From Octopus bimaculoides (Eukaryota), in the NCBI RefSeq assembly GCF_001194135.2, contig NC_068981.1, positions 73,926,773-73,990,772 of the forward strand: a DNA stretch of 64,000 bases. Reading direction: 5' to 3'. Shown here in pieces: positions 27,770-40,735 of the stretch (positions are counted from its first letter, which is position 1; every line of letters begins with the position of its first letter). A program made the position numbers and the translations under genes. The notes beneath the pieces are model-generated. The model was not told the origin of the DNA. It searched no databases and was given only the letters and a program-made list of their open reading frames with translations.

Positions 27770-28830
27770 GCATCAGCAAGGTCTCCAGTCATATCCTGCA
27801 TGTAAATCTCCTACCAAAACCCCCCACCTATGGGTCCTACCCTTCTCTCATCTCTTGGATTAGTAACTTCTGATCGTATCATATTATAAGTGTTGTCAGA
27901 TCTCTTAGTTAGCTCTGGTATACCACAGGGTTAAGTTTTGCCTCCCACTCCCTCCCTTCTATACATTAATGACCTACTTGTCATTACATCTAGCAACAAC
28001 CACTCTTATGCAAATGATATGCTTTTCATTCACCTAAATACCATACATGAAACATGCAGTAATTCTATACATGGAGATCTTCAAAGTATCCTCCAGTGAG
28101 GGCCATGCCAAATTCGTTTCTTTTTAAAAGCAAAATAGACTCAAAAACTGACAAGGAAAATCCCTGCACTACATGCCCCATAAACATGAGAAGCACTCAA
28201 TGCCATCCATGGTTGGGCCTTACTATTGCCAAGGATCTCGCCTGGCAAAAATTCATTTGTTAGGACCACATCCCTTAGTCTGACCCTTCCCTTTCTGGCC
28301 ATAAAATCTCTTACAGACACACTCCAATCTTTGGTTCACTGACATTGCCAGCCTGTCTTTTCTATTGTTATTTAAAGGCAAAGAGAAGACATGTAGCCCA
28401 GTGGTTGGGATGCTGCACTCACAATTGTAAGATCAAAAGTTTCAATTCTTGGACCAGGCAGGGAGTTGTGTTTTTGAACAAAACACTTCATTTCACATTG
28501 CTTTGTAATTATTTCGATATCTGATGTGTGACACACTGTGCACCTGATCTAATAGAGAAAATGAGCTAATGAACAGCATAAACATTTGATTACTATAAAC
28601 TAATCATCTGTGCAGGTTGTTCAGCAAGAAATTTCATTACCCTCATCTGCTGTCTATGACAAGGGAATCCACTGTAATGGCAGCTGTTCCTCAAAGTTGG
28701 CCAATCTTGTACTGCTTCCATTCAGGCATCCACAGTCCACTCATCTCGCCAGCTCTTATCATCCCTGCTACAGTCCCTGCCACTGACCATTATGCCTAGT
28801 CTTTCCTCCCAAGAACATTAGCTACTTTTG
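27770..28830 (+). mobile_element. CR1/Jockey-like LINE RT remnant interrupted by a SINE
   Basis: SSGIPQG*VLPPTPSLLYINDLL...HSYAND (GVPQGSVL...YADD-like) and a C-terminal CSSKLANLV...SFLPRT reading; SINE at about 28390-28620. Confidence 0.65.
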
Positions 28831-28959
28831 TATTCTGTGTGTGTAGTGTGTGTGATATGTTGATGTTGTTGAGTGTGCGGAGCTGGTTGTATTTGTTGTT
28901 GCAGGTTAACATCTACTGGAAAGGCATGACCGGGAGAAGATTCCAAAAATATTGAGAGT

Positions 28960-29260
28960 TACAACTCCTCAACAACAAAGCCAGACGATATAACAAAAAA
29001 GCCAAAATGAGAATCAAAACTTGAAGCAATCATAGATGATACATTTGGCCAAAAGAAAAAACAACAATGTACAAACAATACATTAGATCTGTCATAAATT
29101 ATATTAACCCAACTTTGCCAATCTTTCCACAAAGTCCTGCAATAAGCTTCAAAGAGCACAAAACAATGCACTTTGTATTATAACAGACTATGTGCATAAT
29201 ATGCCCAAAGACCACATACACAACAAAATAAAAACACTAAAAGATGAAGGACCACCTAGA
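28960..29260 (+). mobile_element. Jockey/I-like LINE RT C-terminal remnant
   Basis: DTFGQKK...MYKQYIRSVINY reading. Confidence 0.5.
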
Positions 29261-29709
29261 CATATACAATGTTTTTATGGCACTCTGTCAGTCACAACGA
29301 CAAGCTTTCCAGTTGATTTGATCAACAGAACAGCCTGCTCGTGAAATTGATATGCAAGTAGTTAAGCAGTCCACAGACATGTGTACTTAAGGTAGTTATC
29401 AGGGAGATTCAGCATGACATAGAATGTGACGAGGCTGGCCATTCGAAATACAGGTACAACTGTCAGCTGAGTGGACTGGAGCAACATGAAATAAAGTGTC
29501 TTGCTCAAGGACACAACGCACCACCAGGAATCAGACTCATGACCTTACGATCATGAGCCAACTACCCTAATCACTATGCCACGTGCCTTCACTATGCCTT
29601 ACACTACAACAATAACATCCTAAATACAATCGCCTCTTCCAATCAGCTTGGACAAGTAACAGTTACTGCAGCATGAACCTCACTGTGCCCAAACACAGGG
29701 TTGAGATCA

Positions 29710-30165
29710 ACATCATCATCTTCGTCATTTAACATCTGCTTTCTATGCTAGCATGGGTTGGATGGTTTGACTGAGGATTGGCAAGCCAGGAGGTTGTGCC
29801 AGGCTCCAATCTGATCTGGCAAGGTTTCTACAGCTGGATGCCCTTCCTAATGCCAACCACTCCAAGAGTATAGTGGGTGCTTTTTACGTGCCACCGGCAC
29901 TGGTAACGACCACACTCAAATGTTGCTTTTTATGTTCCACCAGCACGGGAGCCAGTCAGACGGCACTGGCAATGGCCCACACTCGAATGGTGCTTTTTAC
30001 ATGCCACCAACATGAGGGCCAGTCAGGTGGTACTGGCATCGACCAAGTTTGAATGGTGCTTTTTTACATGCCACCAGCATGGGATCCAGTCAGGCAGGAC
30101 TGGCAATGACCCATGCTCAAATGGTACTTTTTATGTGCCACTGGCATGGGATCCAGTCAGGCGGT
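29710..30165 (-). mobile_element. RTE 3'UTR copy with expanded internal tandem units
   Basis: Family 3'UTR plus several approximately 55-bp units (tttttacatgccacc...agccagtcagg...actggcaatg). Confidence 0.75.
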
Positions 30166-30585
30166 GTACAACAATAAATGCAAGGAGAATAACAACTGTT
30201 GCACTCCAACACTTTGCACAGTTCTGCTGAGGCCTCTGGCAATTCCTACAAGAATACAAGAAATGACTGGAGAGTAGAAAGAGCAGAAAATGTCCAGAAT
30301 CTTATAATGCAACCCATATGATCCATTACTAACAAGTGTCAAGTATGATCCTTAGAAACATGTAACTGGTCTTTCAACTGACTGACTGCATGCTATAGCA
30401 CTGCTCAATCAGGGCCTGACCTGAACTCAGAACATATAGACAGATGAAATGCCACTATGCATTTAGCCAGCTCACTACCTTAATCTCTGATATATATATA
30501 TAAAGGCAGGAGTGTTATAGCCATAACATCTCTGATCATGAGTTTCCTCAAATTGAACCGACTAGAGACTTATTATTCTTTTTTT

Positions 30586-30958
30586 TTTACTTGTTTCAGT
30601 CATTTGACTGTGGCCATGCTAGAGCACCACCTTTAGTCGAACAAATTGACCCTAAGACTTATTCTTTGTAAGCCCAGTACTTATTCTATTGGTCGCTTTT
30701 GCTGAACTGCTAAGTTACAGGGACATAAATACACCAACATTGGTTGTCAAGCAATGGGGGGGGGGGCAAACACAGACACACAAATACATACATATACATA
30801 ATAGGCTTCTTTCAGTTTCAGTCTTCCAAATCCACTCACAAGGTTTTGCTCGGCCTGATGCTATAGAAGACATTTGCCCAAGGTGCCACACAGTGAGAAT
30901 GAACCCAGAACCGTGTGGTTGGGAAGCAAGCTTCTTACTACACAGTCATTCCTGCACC
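30586..30958 (-). mobile_element. tRNA-derived SINE family A
   Basis: Matches family; CpG-decayed. Confidence 0.82.
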
Positions 30959-31146
30959 TAAATAAACTATCTCTCACTACTTATCATCTGAACTTATATG
31001 AAACAATTTATCTAACAATTCCTCTCCAGAGTAACAAACCTTGAAATTTGCCTTTCCTTCCTCACTCATTTCAAGCTGAATATTAACCCTATAACTGCAA
31101 AATTAAATTTCATGGTTATTCCAGTAATGAAGTCAGATAGCTATAC

Positions 31147-31177
<31 letters not shown>

Positions 31178-31487
31178 GAACTGGTATTTTCTGCAAGTCC
31201 TATTATCTCAATAAACTTGACATGTCTCCACAAAAGATAGTCTCAAACAGGACATTCCTCAATACAAGATAGGTTGGTATATAAAACTGCTTTCTGCAAT
31301 TAAGAGTAATGAAATTTTGAGTGGATATATCCGATTTCCAAGGTAAGGAGGTTAATCCAATCACTCTTACCAGCGTAGAAGCTTATCCTCCATGGGTTAA
31401 CGGATAAGAAAGAAGTTAAACTCACTAAACATCTACTAGAATTCGATAGTAGTTTTTCCTTCCATCAATGCTACAACTATGAAGCTC

Positions 31488-31885
31488 GTATGTGGTCACT
31501 CACTTTGGTAGAAATAGCAGCCTAATCTTTCTCTAAATCACGCTTCACTGTCTTAGAAAAGGACTCCTCGGATAATGTGGTCCTTGGTTTCTTGCACCTG
31601 GGAAATGACTGGACTGTCACGTTTGGAATATCTTTGATTATAGACTTGCTCGACCAGGGCTGACTTGACGCTAAATAACAACATCATCCTTGAAACAACG
31701 TTGTAGCTGCTTCGTGGTCACTCGATCTGCTAAAAATAGCGGTTAATTTACATACTGCTGTCTATCTTAAATTAGTAGTATACTTTGGTAAATGTGCTAT
31801 ATTCGAAGATGGATAGTCTCGAATTGAAAGTCTTACATTATAGGTCTGTTCGATAAGGACTAACATAGAGCTAAACGACAATAAT
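31488..31885 (+). mobile_element. Two tandem copies of a dispersed (AAC)-tailed repeat, family F
   Basis: gtggtcactc...ctagaaatagcagcc...gctaaayaacaac; also at about 8790-8990 (-), 12270-12410 and 14680-14830. Confidence 0.6.
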
Positions 31886-32319
31886 TTTGACAAATGAAAC
31901 CATAATTTATCCAAGAGAGGAGCAAATTAGGCGGTTGTTACATTCATGCCTTTCCCAAGGACATTAATGATAATGTAGAAGCTCCTCCTAGTAATCGAAT
32001 CTCACTGGTTTGCTTCATAGAACCAATTACCCAAACACAACGCCCACCACTCAACTCATAATAATTACTTTCTAACATAGAATCAAAGAATCAAATCAAA
32101 ACTATAAGAAAATGAGAATGGGATTAGATGACATTCATACCTTTCTCAAGATATTAATGATGAAAACTAATTACAACCACGAGTGAAATACTTAAAATAC
32201 TCAAACACTACACAAACGAAACAAGAAAAAAGTAGTCGATACATCGAGAGTTTATTCATTCGAAGCTAAGGTATTCATTCTGCCGTTACTTGGATATTCT
32301 TTAAACGACTACCTCACAA

Positions 32320-32380
<61 letters not shown>

Positions 32381-33683
32381 GTAGTGTTCATTATTATACA
32401 TAGTTACTGAACTGGAAGTAATTGTTGTTACAGTTCTTGTTCCATATTACAGAACTAGTTAGTTTACTTGGTACCGAATCGGTTGTTCGTATACTTTGGT
32501 AATTCGAATTACCAAAGTGAAAATTTAGATTCTACAGAGCGATATCTTCCGCAAAAGTGTATTATACGCACGCACTACACGCGAACGTACAAATACAAGC
32601 GTGCGCTGAAATTCCTTGAAGAATCAAATCCATTTGATTACAATATCAAAAGTGTGGAAGCTGTCCTCTTTTCGTAGACAACTAAAAATAATTAGGGAAA
32701 CTACAAATGTATGTTAAAATCAAAACTAGATGGATAGCGTTAAGTATTGATAGAATTAAAAACCAGAAAACTACACATCAAATAGGGGAATAAATAAGAA
32801 ATGAAAACAAGTAAAATATCAGCTGATATAATATGAAGAATCGGAGTACTAATAACCATTAAATATATTTATGTGTCTAATATATGCTACGGTAAGCATA
32901 GTAAAAGATTTCAACAGAATTCTAACTTATATACATATACACTCTCGCTTTATCCGACAATAGTTCGGTCAATAGTTGCTGATTAGTACTGGATAAGTTA
33001 TACAGAACAGCATAATTGGTAAATTTCATTCGCGAAAACTATACAAGGACAATGTACAGAAACAGCACAGATAAATTGTTACAGAGAAAAACATTGATAT
33101 TAAAATACGTGTAATAAATACGAAGTTTGTAGAGACTTGTTGTTGCAGGTATCATTATTATTATTATTAATAATACTGTTACACCATGATCAACATTAAT
33201 ATAATAAATAATACTTCATAATAAGAGTGATAGAATCGAAGATTCACGAATTAGTTTCTACGTTTCTGTTTCATACATAAATAATTAAAGGATTAATTAA
33301 ACAACACTCAAATTGTATAGGACATAATTATACTGTATACAACGGTATGAAAATGGTAAACCGAAAATTAAGCAGAACAGGGAATAAACTATTTGACTAG
33401 CATCATGTAGATTACTAAATGCGAATGAAAATATAATTTTAAAATAATAATGTATAGATTTTCTATCAACTCGTTTCGAAGTTAATGACGAAAACACAGC
33501 GAAATAGAAAGAGAAGTAAATATCAATTTGCAATAATAATTAATCTGAAAGAAAGTTTTTTTTGTTATGAAGATTGTCAAGTATCCACCCCTCTTCGCAT
33601 TATTAGAAGCAGAGCTACAAAATAGAACCAGGTTACAATTCCTTCGAAGTTAAAAGCAATAAAAGTCAAGTTTTCCAACCTAC

Positions 33684-33750
33684 CCTGGTCTTGATTCCAT
33701 CCAGCAAACAGCAGTTGGTTGCCGTACGTGTTACACGACGACAAATTCAT
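33684..33750 (-). CDS. WDR45B: WD repeat domain phosphoinositide-interacting protein 3 (WIPI3/WDR45B), coding exon 1
   Basis: Translates MNLSSCNTYGNQLLFAGWNQDQ(G), versus the human N-terminus recalled as [23 protein letters not shown] (about 15/23 identical). 67 nt, ending phase 1 at a GT donor (CAG G|GTAGG, 33683-33682). An in-frame ATG also lies at 33753. No later exon found in the window. Confidence 0.88.
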
Positions 33751-33943
33751 CATCAATAAAACATACAAACTACACAGAATAGTTGTGTGTTTGCGCTATT
33801 TTTATTATTATTCCGAAGTATCTGCAATATTCGAGACGAGCTATGTGTGTGTGTATGTGCATATATACACACACACGTGTGTATATATATATGACGATTT
33901 ATGTTTGTGTGAGGGAAAGGTACAAGTGTTAAGATTCTCGGGT

Positions 33944-33953
33944 CACTTCCGGT
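33944..33953 (-). promoter_or_regulatory. ETS-type motif ACCGGAAGTG in the putative WDR45B promoter
   Basis: Plus strand cacttccggt, about 200 bp upstream of the ATG in a CpG-retaining zone; a typical housekeeping promoter element. Confidence 0.55.
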
Positions 33954-34044
33954 ATTGCTGAGGCATGATGGGAACCGGTAGTTGCAGCTGATAGTGATTT
34001 CAGTTCTCTTCGTTTTCCTTTAATATGTCATTAATGATTTCGTT

Positions 34045-34254
34045 ACTCTTTTACTTGTTTCAGTCATTTGACTGCGGTCATGCTGGAGCACCGCCTTTTA
34101 GTCGAGCAAATCGACCCCAGGACTTATTCTTTGTAAGCCTAGTACTTATTCTATCTGGCTGTTTTGCCGAACCGCTAGGTGACGGGGACATAAACACACC
34201 AGCATCGTTTGTCAAGCAATGCTAGGGGGACAAACAGACACACAAACACACACA

Positions 34255-34293
<39 letters not shown>

Positions 34294-34351
34294 ACACACA
34301 CACACACACACATATNNNNNNNNNNNNNNNNNNNNNNNNNNNNNNNNNNNN

Positions 34352-34390
<39 letters not shown>

Positions 34391-34590
34391 GGAGTATATA
34401 TATTGTTATATTTCTGCTGCTTTTAAATAAAGTATATATATATATGTATATGTATGTATGTATATACGACGGGCTTCTTTCAGTTTCCGTCTACCAAATC
34501 CACTCACAAGGCTTTGGTCGGCCCGAGGCTATAGTAGAAGACATTTGCCCAAGATGCCACGCAGTGGGACTGAACCAGGAACCATGTGGT
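34045..34590 (-). mobile_element. tRNA-derived SINE family A with expanded microsatellite
   Basis: Matches family; (CA)n/(TA)n core containing an N-gap. Confidence 0.85.
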
Positions 34591-35252
34591 TATACACACT
34601 TAAAATATATATTCAATTTTATCTGTGTACTTATAACGTCTATATTTATAGTTTAACAGTGCTGCGCAGGTTCTTCCATTTCTCACATATTCTTCAGTTG
34701 TTTTTATAGACTACTCTTAATTCCCAATTATGTTATTAATAATGTTCGATTTACATGGAGATAGAAAATTGTAGTTAAATAAGATTATAATGTGCTCGCA
34801 TAGACCACGAACGAAAATATTAAGCATGCTAACGTAGGAAGCCTTACGTCTACGTGATCGTTCAACTTACTAAAAATAGCAGTCAAATAATACGTTTTTA
34901 AAGCAAAAGAGTTAATGGGGACCAAATACTTGTAATGTTTAATTATGACCCTTCACTTTCTGAGCTCAAATCCCACTGGTGTCAAATTTGTCTTTAAACG
35001 TTCTGGAGTTCAATATAATGCCCCAGTCGAGTATAGGAATCCATTTATATTCCAGTAATGTATGGAATTATAACAGAAAAGGGTTGAATAGTACTCGATT
35101 CACGATCGCTAAGTGGGGGAAAAATAACTGATGACCATGGCTAGAATGTCTTTAATGACCAACTTTCTAGATCGGGGCTGAATTTTTGTTACAAAACAGC
35201 AATAACTACGTTCATAATAAATGACAGTTACTGGAAAAGTAATTGTATAAAG

Positions 35253-35533
35253 CAGTAGTTCTCAATCTGGATCCATATAAGATTTTAGGGGTCCACGCAA
35301 CAGAAAGATTTTGCTTTAGATGTATATATTGCAAGAAACAATTTGGTTTCTTTCTCTAACATTTTACATAGTTCAACCTACACAAGGGAATGTGTGAAAA
35401 ATAAAATGGGTATTTTGAAAGAAGTTTGTATAAAACTAGTTTTTAAACAACGAATGGCGTAAGGGGGTTCACTAGAATGAAATAGTAATCAAAGGGGTCC
35501 ACAGATAAAAAAAAAAATGGTTGAGAACCCCTG
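35253..35533. mobile_element. hAT-type MITE
   Basis: TIRs CAGTAGTTCTCAA / TTGAGAACCCCTG with exact 8-bp TSD GTATAAAG. Confidence 0.88.
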
Positions 35534-35865
35534 GTATAAAGGTTTACAAATGCTTAGAGAGAGACTCGACTTCTACGTTTTACACGCATTTGATAGGGTG
35601 ACCTGTACCAACGTTGCTAGACATGTTTAACACCAAGAAATAAATACATCCTGCTATGACCGTCTCGACATTTTGTAATATGATGTGATTAAACAGATAT
35701 TTCACTTTTATCCTTTGTTTTGGGACGTTAGGGTCTAATTAAAAGGTTATTTGGCTGCTGTTTCTAGCAGATCGAGCAATGTGCTGCAGTTTCCGGGTTG
35801 GCAGGCTAAATGACCTCGTTCCTGTTTATCGCCTAAATTTTTAACCTGGCTTTCAACTAAATGTT

Positions 35866-36072
35866 TACTCTTTTATTAGTTTCAGTCATTTAACTGTGGC
35901 CATGCTGGAACACCGCATTTAGTCGAGCAAATCTACCCCAGGACTTATTCTTTGTAAGCCTAATACTTATACTATCGGTGTCTTTTGCCGAACCGCTAGG
36001 TTACGGGGACGTAACCACACCAGCATCGGTTGTCAAGTGATGTTGGGGGGATAAACATATACACACACATAC

Positions 36073-36103
<31 letters not shown>

Positions 36104-36347
36104 CATATNNNNNNNNNNNNNNNNNNNNNNNNNNNNNNNNNNNNNNNNNNNNNNNNNNNNNNNNNNNNNNNNNNNNNNNNNNNATATATATATATATATA
36201 CAACGGGCTTCTTTCAGTTTCCGTCTACCAAATCCACTCACAAGGCTTTGGTCGGCCCGAGGCTATAGTAGAAGACACTTGCCCCAAGGTACCACGCAGT
36301 GGGACTGAACCTGGAACCATGTGGTTCGTAAGCAAGCTACTTACCAC
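35866..36347 (-). mobile_element. tRNA-derived SINE family A with expanded microsatellite
   Basis: Matches family; N-gap in the core. Confidence 0.85.
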
Positions 36348-37094
36348 TTTATTTATTCATTTCCTTTTCCTATTGTTGGTTCCAGTTTTTGACACAGGAA
36401 GTGGGTCAGCCGATTACATTGACCCCAGTACTCAACTAGTACTTATTTTATCGAATCCCGGAAGGATGAAAGGCAAAGTCAACCTTGACGGAGTATGAAC
36501 TCAGAACATACAGACGGACGAAATGCTGCTACACATTTTCCCTAGCATGCTAACAATTCTGCCAGCCTTTTGCCTTGCTAATCAGTAATATCGATTTACT
36601 TTCTAATATTCACACAAGACCAGAATTTTTTAGGAACGATGGAGCTTACATTTTTACTTGTATCAGTCATCGGATTGCGGTCATGCTGGGGCACCGCCTT
36701 GAAGAATTTTAGTCGAATGAATCGACCCCAGTACATTTTTTTTTTTGAGCCTTGTACTTTTCCATCAGTTTCTTTTGCTGAACCGCTATCTTATGAAGAC
36801 GTAAACACACCAACACCGGTTGTCAAGCGGTAATGGGGAAAACAGACACGTACATATATGTATATATATATGTGTGTATTTTTCCTTTTACTTGTTTCAG
36901 TCATTTAACTGCGACCATGCTGGGACATCGCCTTAAAGGGTTTTTAGTCGAAGAAATCGNNNNNNNNNNNNNNNNNNNNNNNNNNNNNNNNNNNNNNNNN
37001 NNNNNNNNNNNNNNNNNNNNNNNNNNNNNNNNNNNNNNNNTTATTCTATAGGTCTCTTATGCCGAACCGCTAGATAATGGGGGCGTAAACACAA

Positions 37095-37359
37095 TGTTGT
37101 ATTTCCCTCGGGTGACTCGCAGAGATAACACAACAAGTTATAGAAATTTAATTATTACATTTATTATTCAATTACATACAAAGAACGCACTCACCCAATG
37201 TTCGTTATGAATAAACAAAAGTCATGTCCGCCATATTTATATCAATGACATTTTACTACCACAGTCACACAAGACAACAACAATGAAACAATGAACTCAG
37301 ACGAACCACATGACACACGGAACGTCAGACGAATTACATATCTAACAGTCCATATAACA
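37095..37359. mobile_element. Solo LTR inserted in a SINE
   Basis: TGTT...AACA termini, 265 bp, exact 5-bp TSD CACAA (37090-94 and 37360-64); the SINE sequence resumes on both sides. Confidence 0.8.
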
Positions 37360-38764
37360 CACAACATCGGTTGTCAAGTGATGATGGGGTGACAAAGAGA
37401 CACAATCGTTGAATGCTCGAAATGAGGAGTAGATAGACAGCCGACAACTGATGAAGGGTCGTTCTTTGTGTTACTTGTCCTTTTTATTGAGGACTTGCTT
37501 CGAATGAGAGTGACGCCCTTTTAACTCTGCCTGTCCTGCGTATCATATGTCCTACACAGGATCATAATTCCCTGGTGTCCATTTTTCATGTATAATACAC
37601 ATTCCTAAGCTTTTTCAGTCACCAAAGTAATTTGAGATTCATGAAAAGGAAGTTTTATATTACTCAGAACGTATGAAACAAAGCTAACAACTAGAAGTCT
37701 GAAAACAAGGATGGACGTTTAGGACAAGCAAGGAAGGGGCTAAAATATTTTAAATATCGCCTACGACAGCGGCAGGTTATCGCAATACCATGGTTAGAAA
37801 CCATTGATGTTTCAATTATTGACACGAGGCCAGCAATTTCGGAGGAGGGCATAAGTCAATTACATCGATCCTAGTGCTCAACTGGTATTTATTTTATCGA
37901 TCCCGAAAGAATAAAAGTCAAAGTTGACCTCGGTGGAATTTTAACTCAGAGCGTAAAGACAGACGAAATTCCCCTTAACATTTTGCTCGACGTGATTGAT
38001 AAATAATATTGATGCAATGGCAGTGCACTCTAGTTGGTGTGTCATTTTGGATTGTCTTAGGAGCCTCGTCGAAGGACATTTAAACCGATATCAGTACTTG
38101 ATTGGATTTCATTTCATTGGCCTCAGAAGGATGAAAGATCAAAGCCGATCTCAGTGGGATTTGTACTTCGATCGCAAAATATTGGGATGTTTTCTACCTG
38201 TGGAAATTTTAAAGTTTAGTGAAAAGTTTACAATTTGGTGTATCGATGTAATTTTCCACGCTGAATCTCAGGAGATAATTAACCTTTTCCAGAAAAATGT
38301 TTCAAAAATGTTACAGAGGTTTTAAGTTTGATCATTTTTACCCAGTCACAAAACGGAATTTGGAAGCTGTCATTTTATGCGTGACAGCACGTATTGTCAA
38401 GTGTAAACAAATAAAATATTGGCGGAACTCTGCTTTACGCACGCTATATAATACCTCATAACTTTTTTCATTTTTTGGAATTTTCAGCAAAATTTTGCGA
38501 ATTTGAATTCTGTACAGAGGAATTCATACGATTGAGCAAAAAAAAAAAATTCGTGCGTGATTTAAGGCCTATTTAGCTGTTATTTTTAGTACATCTCATT
38601 TTCATCTCATACTGCATATGCTTTAAGCATTTAGTAAGTGACAAAAAGAACACATGGTAAGCAGCTTGGCTTGGTACTATGAAAACAGGCACCTATATGT
38701 CTATGGTTTTCGATTGGCTTAAATTACCCAAAATTTGCAAAATTTAAAAGCTATTAAACTCTTT

Positions 38765-39245
38765 TTTAGAAATAATATATTTCTGAATCTCTCTGAGAGA
38801 TTTATGCAGTAGTGATACGATGAAGTAGTTGTATGCTGTCAACTTGATGTGACAGTCCCCTGAAGGACTGTTGGTTAGACCTAAGAAGCTGCACCGCTTC
38901 CTGTCGGCCTTGACACATTTCCTGTATCGTTATGTTTACAAGGGGGAAACAAGCACCTCCACCCAGCTAAGCCTGCATTCAGAGACACGTTTCTAAGTCT
39001 TTGCTCATCATCAGTCTGGAGTAGCATGACCTGCTAGTCGAAGATGCCTGTCAAGCTCTTGTAAACATATAATAATTCTAGTGAAATACATTCACTGATT
39101 TCAAATTTAGAAATAATATATTTCTAAATCTCTCAGAGAGATTTATGCAGTAGTGATACGATGAAGTAGTTGTATGCTGTCAACTTAATGTGACAGTCTC
39201 CAGAAGGGAATAATACTACTGTTGGTCAGACCTAGGAAGCTGCAC
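38765..39245 (+). repeat. Local direct duplication of about 130 bp
   Basis: 38765-38894 matches 39106-39245 closely. Confidence 0.85.
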
Positions 39246-40393
39246 TGTTCAGTTGGAATTGAACCCAAAACCATGTGTTTCCAAAACGAACTTCTTAACT
39301 ACACAATCATACTTGTGACCATGTTAATATCTGTTGAGGTTACATCCTGGTTGTGATTTCTAATGTTTCTTCAGTAAAAGTTTTAATTCATTCATTTCTT
39401 TTATAGCCACTTTTCCATGCTAGCATGGATTAGATGGATATATTGTTGAGGCCTTGACACATTTCCTGTGTATTTTTTTTACAAGACGGTTGAAATGCCG
39501 TTAAGCATTCCGCCTGACGTGCTAAAGTTTCTGCCAGCTCGCCGCCTTAAGTGCTATTATTATTGAGCTAATGTCTTCTACTATAGGGACCGATTACTGT
39601 CTTCTGAGGGAAAAGTAGGCGGTAGCTGTGTGGGAACACGTCGCAAAGCTGAATATCCTGTCAGCAACTGATTTCACTTTCATTTTGTAGTTCCATGTCG
39701 GACCATGTCTTCTCCGACAGGTCAACTTCTTGATCGAGATAGATCTCTCTATCATTTGTGGCAATTTGTAATGGATCGATAAGTTATTGTTTTTCCATTT
39801 GGTGCATAAAGACTTTTTCTTAGCACGATTCTGATGCTTTGTGAGGGTCTTTCACCTGTGTCGCCCTAATGAAATTCCTTATACACATTCCCCCCCACAC
39901 ACACATATTCGACGGGCTTCCATACAGTTTCTGTCAACCAGTTTCACTTATAAAAAATTGGTCAGCCCAGGACTGTAGTAGAAGCCCGGGGCTATATTTT
40001 GCGCAGTGGATCCGAACCTGAAAACACGTGATTGCAAAGTAAGCCTTTTAACCATACAGCCACTCAAATTTCTTTAATCTTTTTGTTTCAATACTCTTTT
40101 GCGTTTTACTTTCAATCATTGTTCGATTCATATATAAAAATTTGGGGTCAGCTAGATATATAATGAAACTCGCTTGCTTTCATACATGTTTTAGTTACCT
40201 AGCAACTCTCTGAAAATATGGCAAGATTCTGTCTTATCTGAACGAGTTTTCAACGTCTTTTAATTGTGGATTTTTGAAATCGTTTAATAACAAAAGTATT
40301 TAGACTTTCTGTGTATATTATTTTAGAGCTACTTTTAAACTAGGATTTTTGTAATTTTGGTATTAAAACTCGTGCTGTTAACGTATAGACCCT

Positions 40394-40441
<48 letters not shown>

Positions 40442-40664
40442 CTTAGTCTCCCCTTCTTTCCCTACACCGTCTACATATCTCAACTCGAGTTATTATCTCC
40501 CTTAGCGTAAGCGTAAGACAGACAAAATCGACAGAAACAACGAGAATATTGTTACACGTGTCTGTGGAATGTTCAGCCTCTTACACATTAATCCAGGAGG
40601 AGATAATTTATGGAACAGAATCCTCGTTGAAGGACGGATTTCACTACACCATACACACATATCA

Positions 40665-40665
40665 A

Positions 40666-40714
<49 letters not shown>

Positions 40715-40735
40715 TTCATCATCATTATCATCAGT
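40665..40735 (+). repeat. (CAT)n microsatellite
   Basis: Read directly. Confidence 0.95.

Noticed and set aside
31040-31094. Possible 55-nt minus-strand exon
   Set aside because: Weak GTTTGT donor and a stop in the WDR45B phase; no homology.
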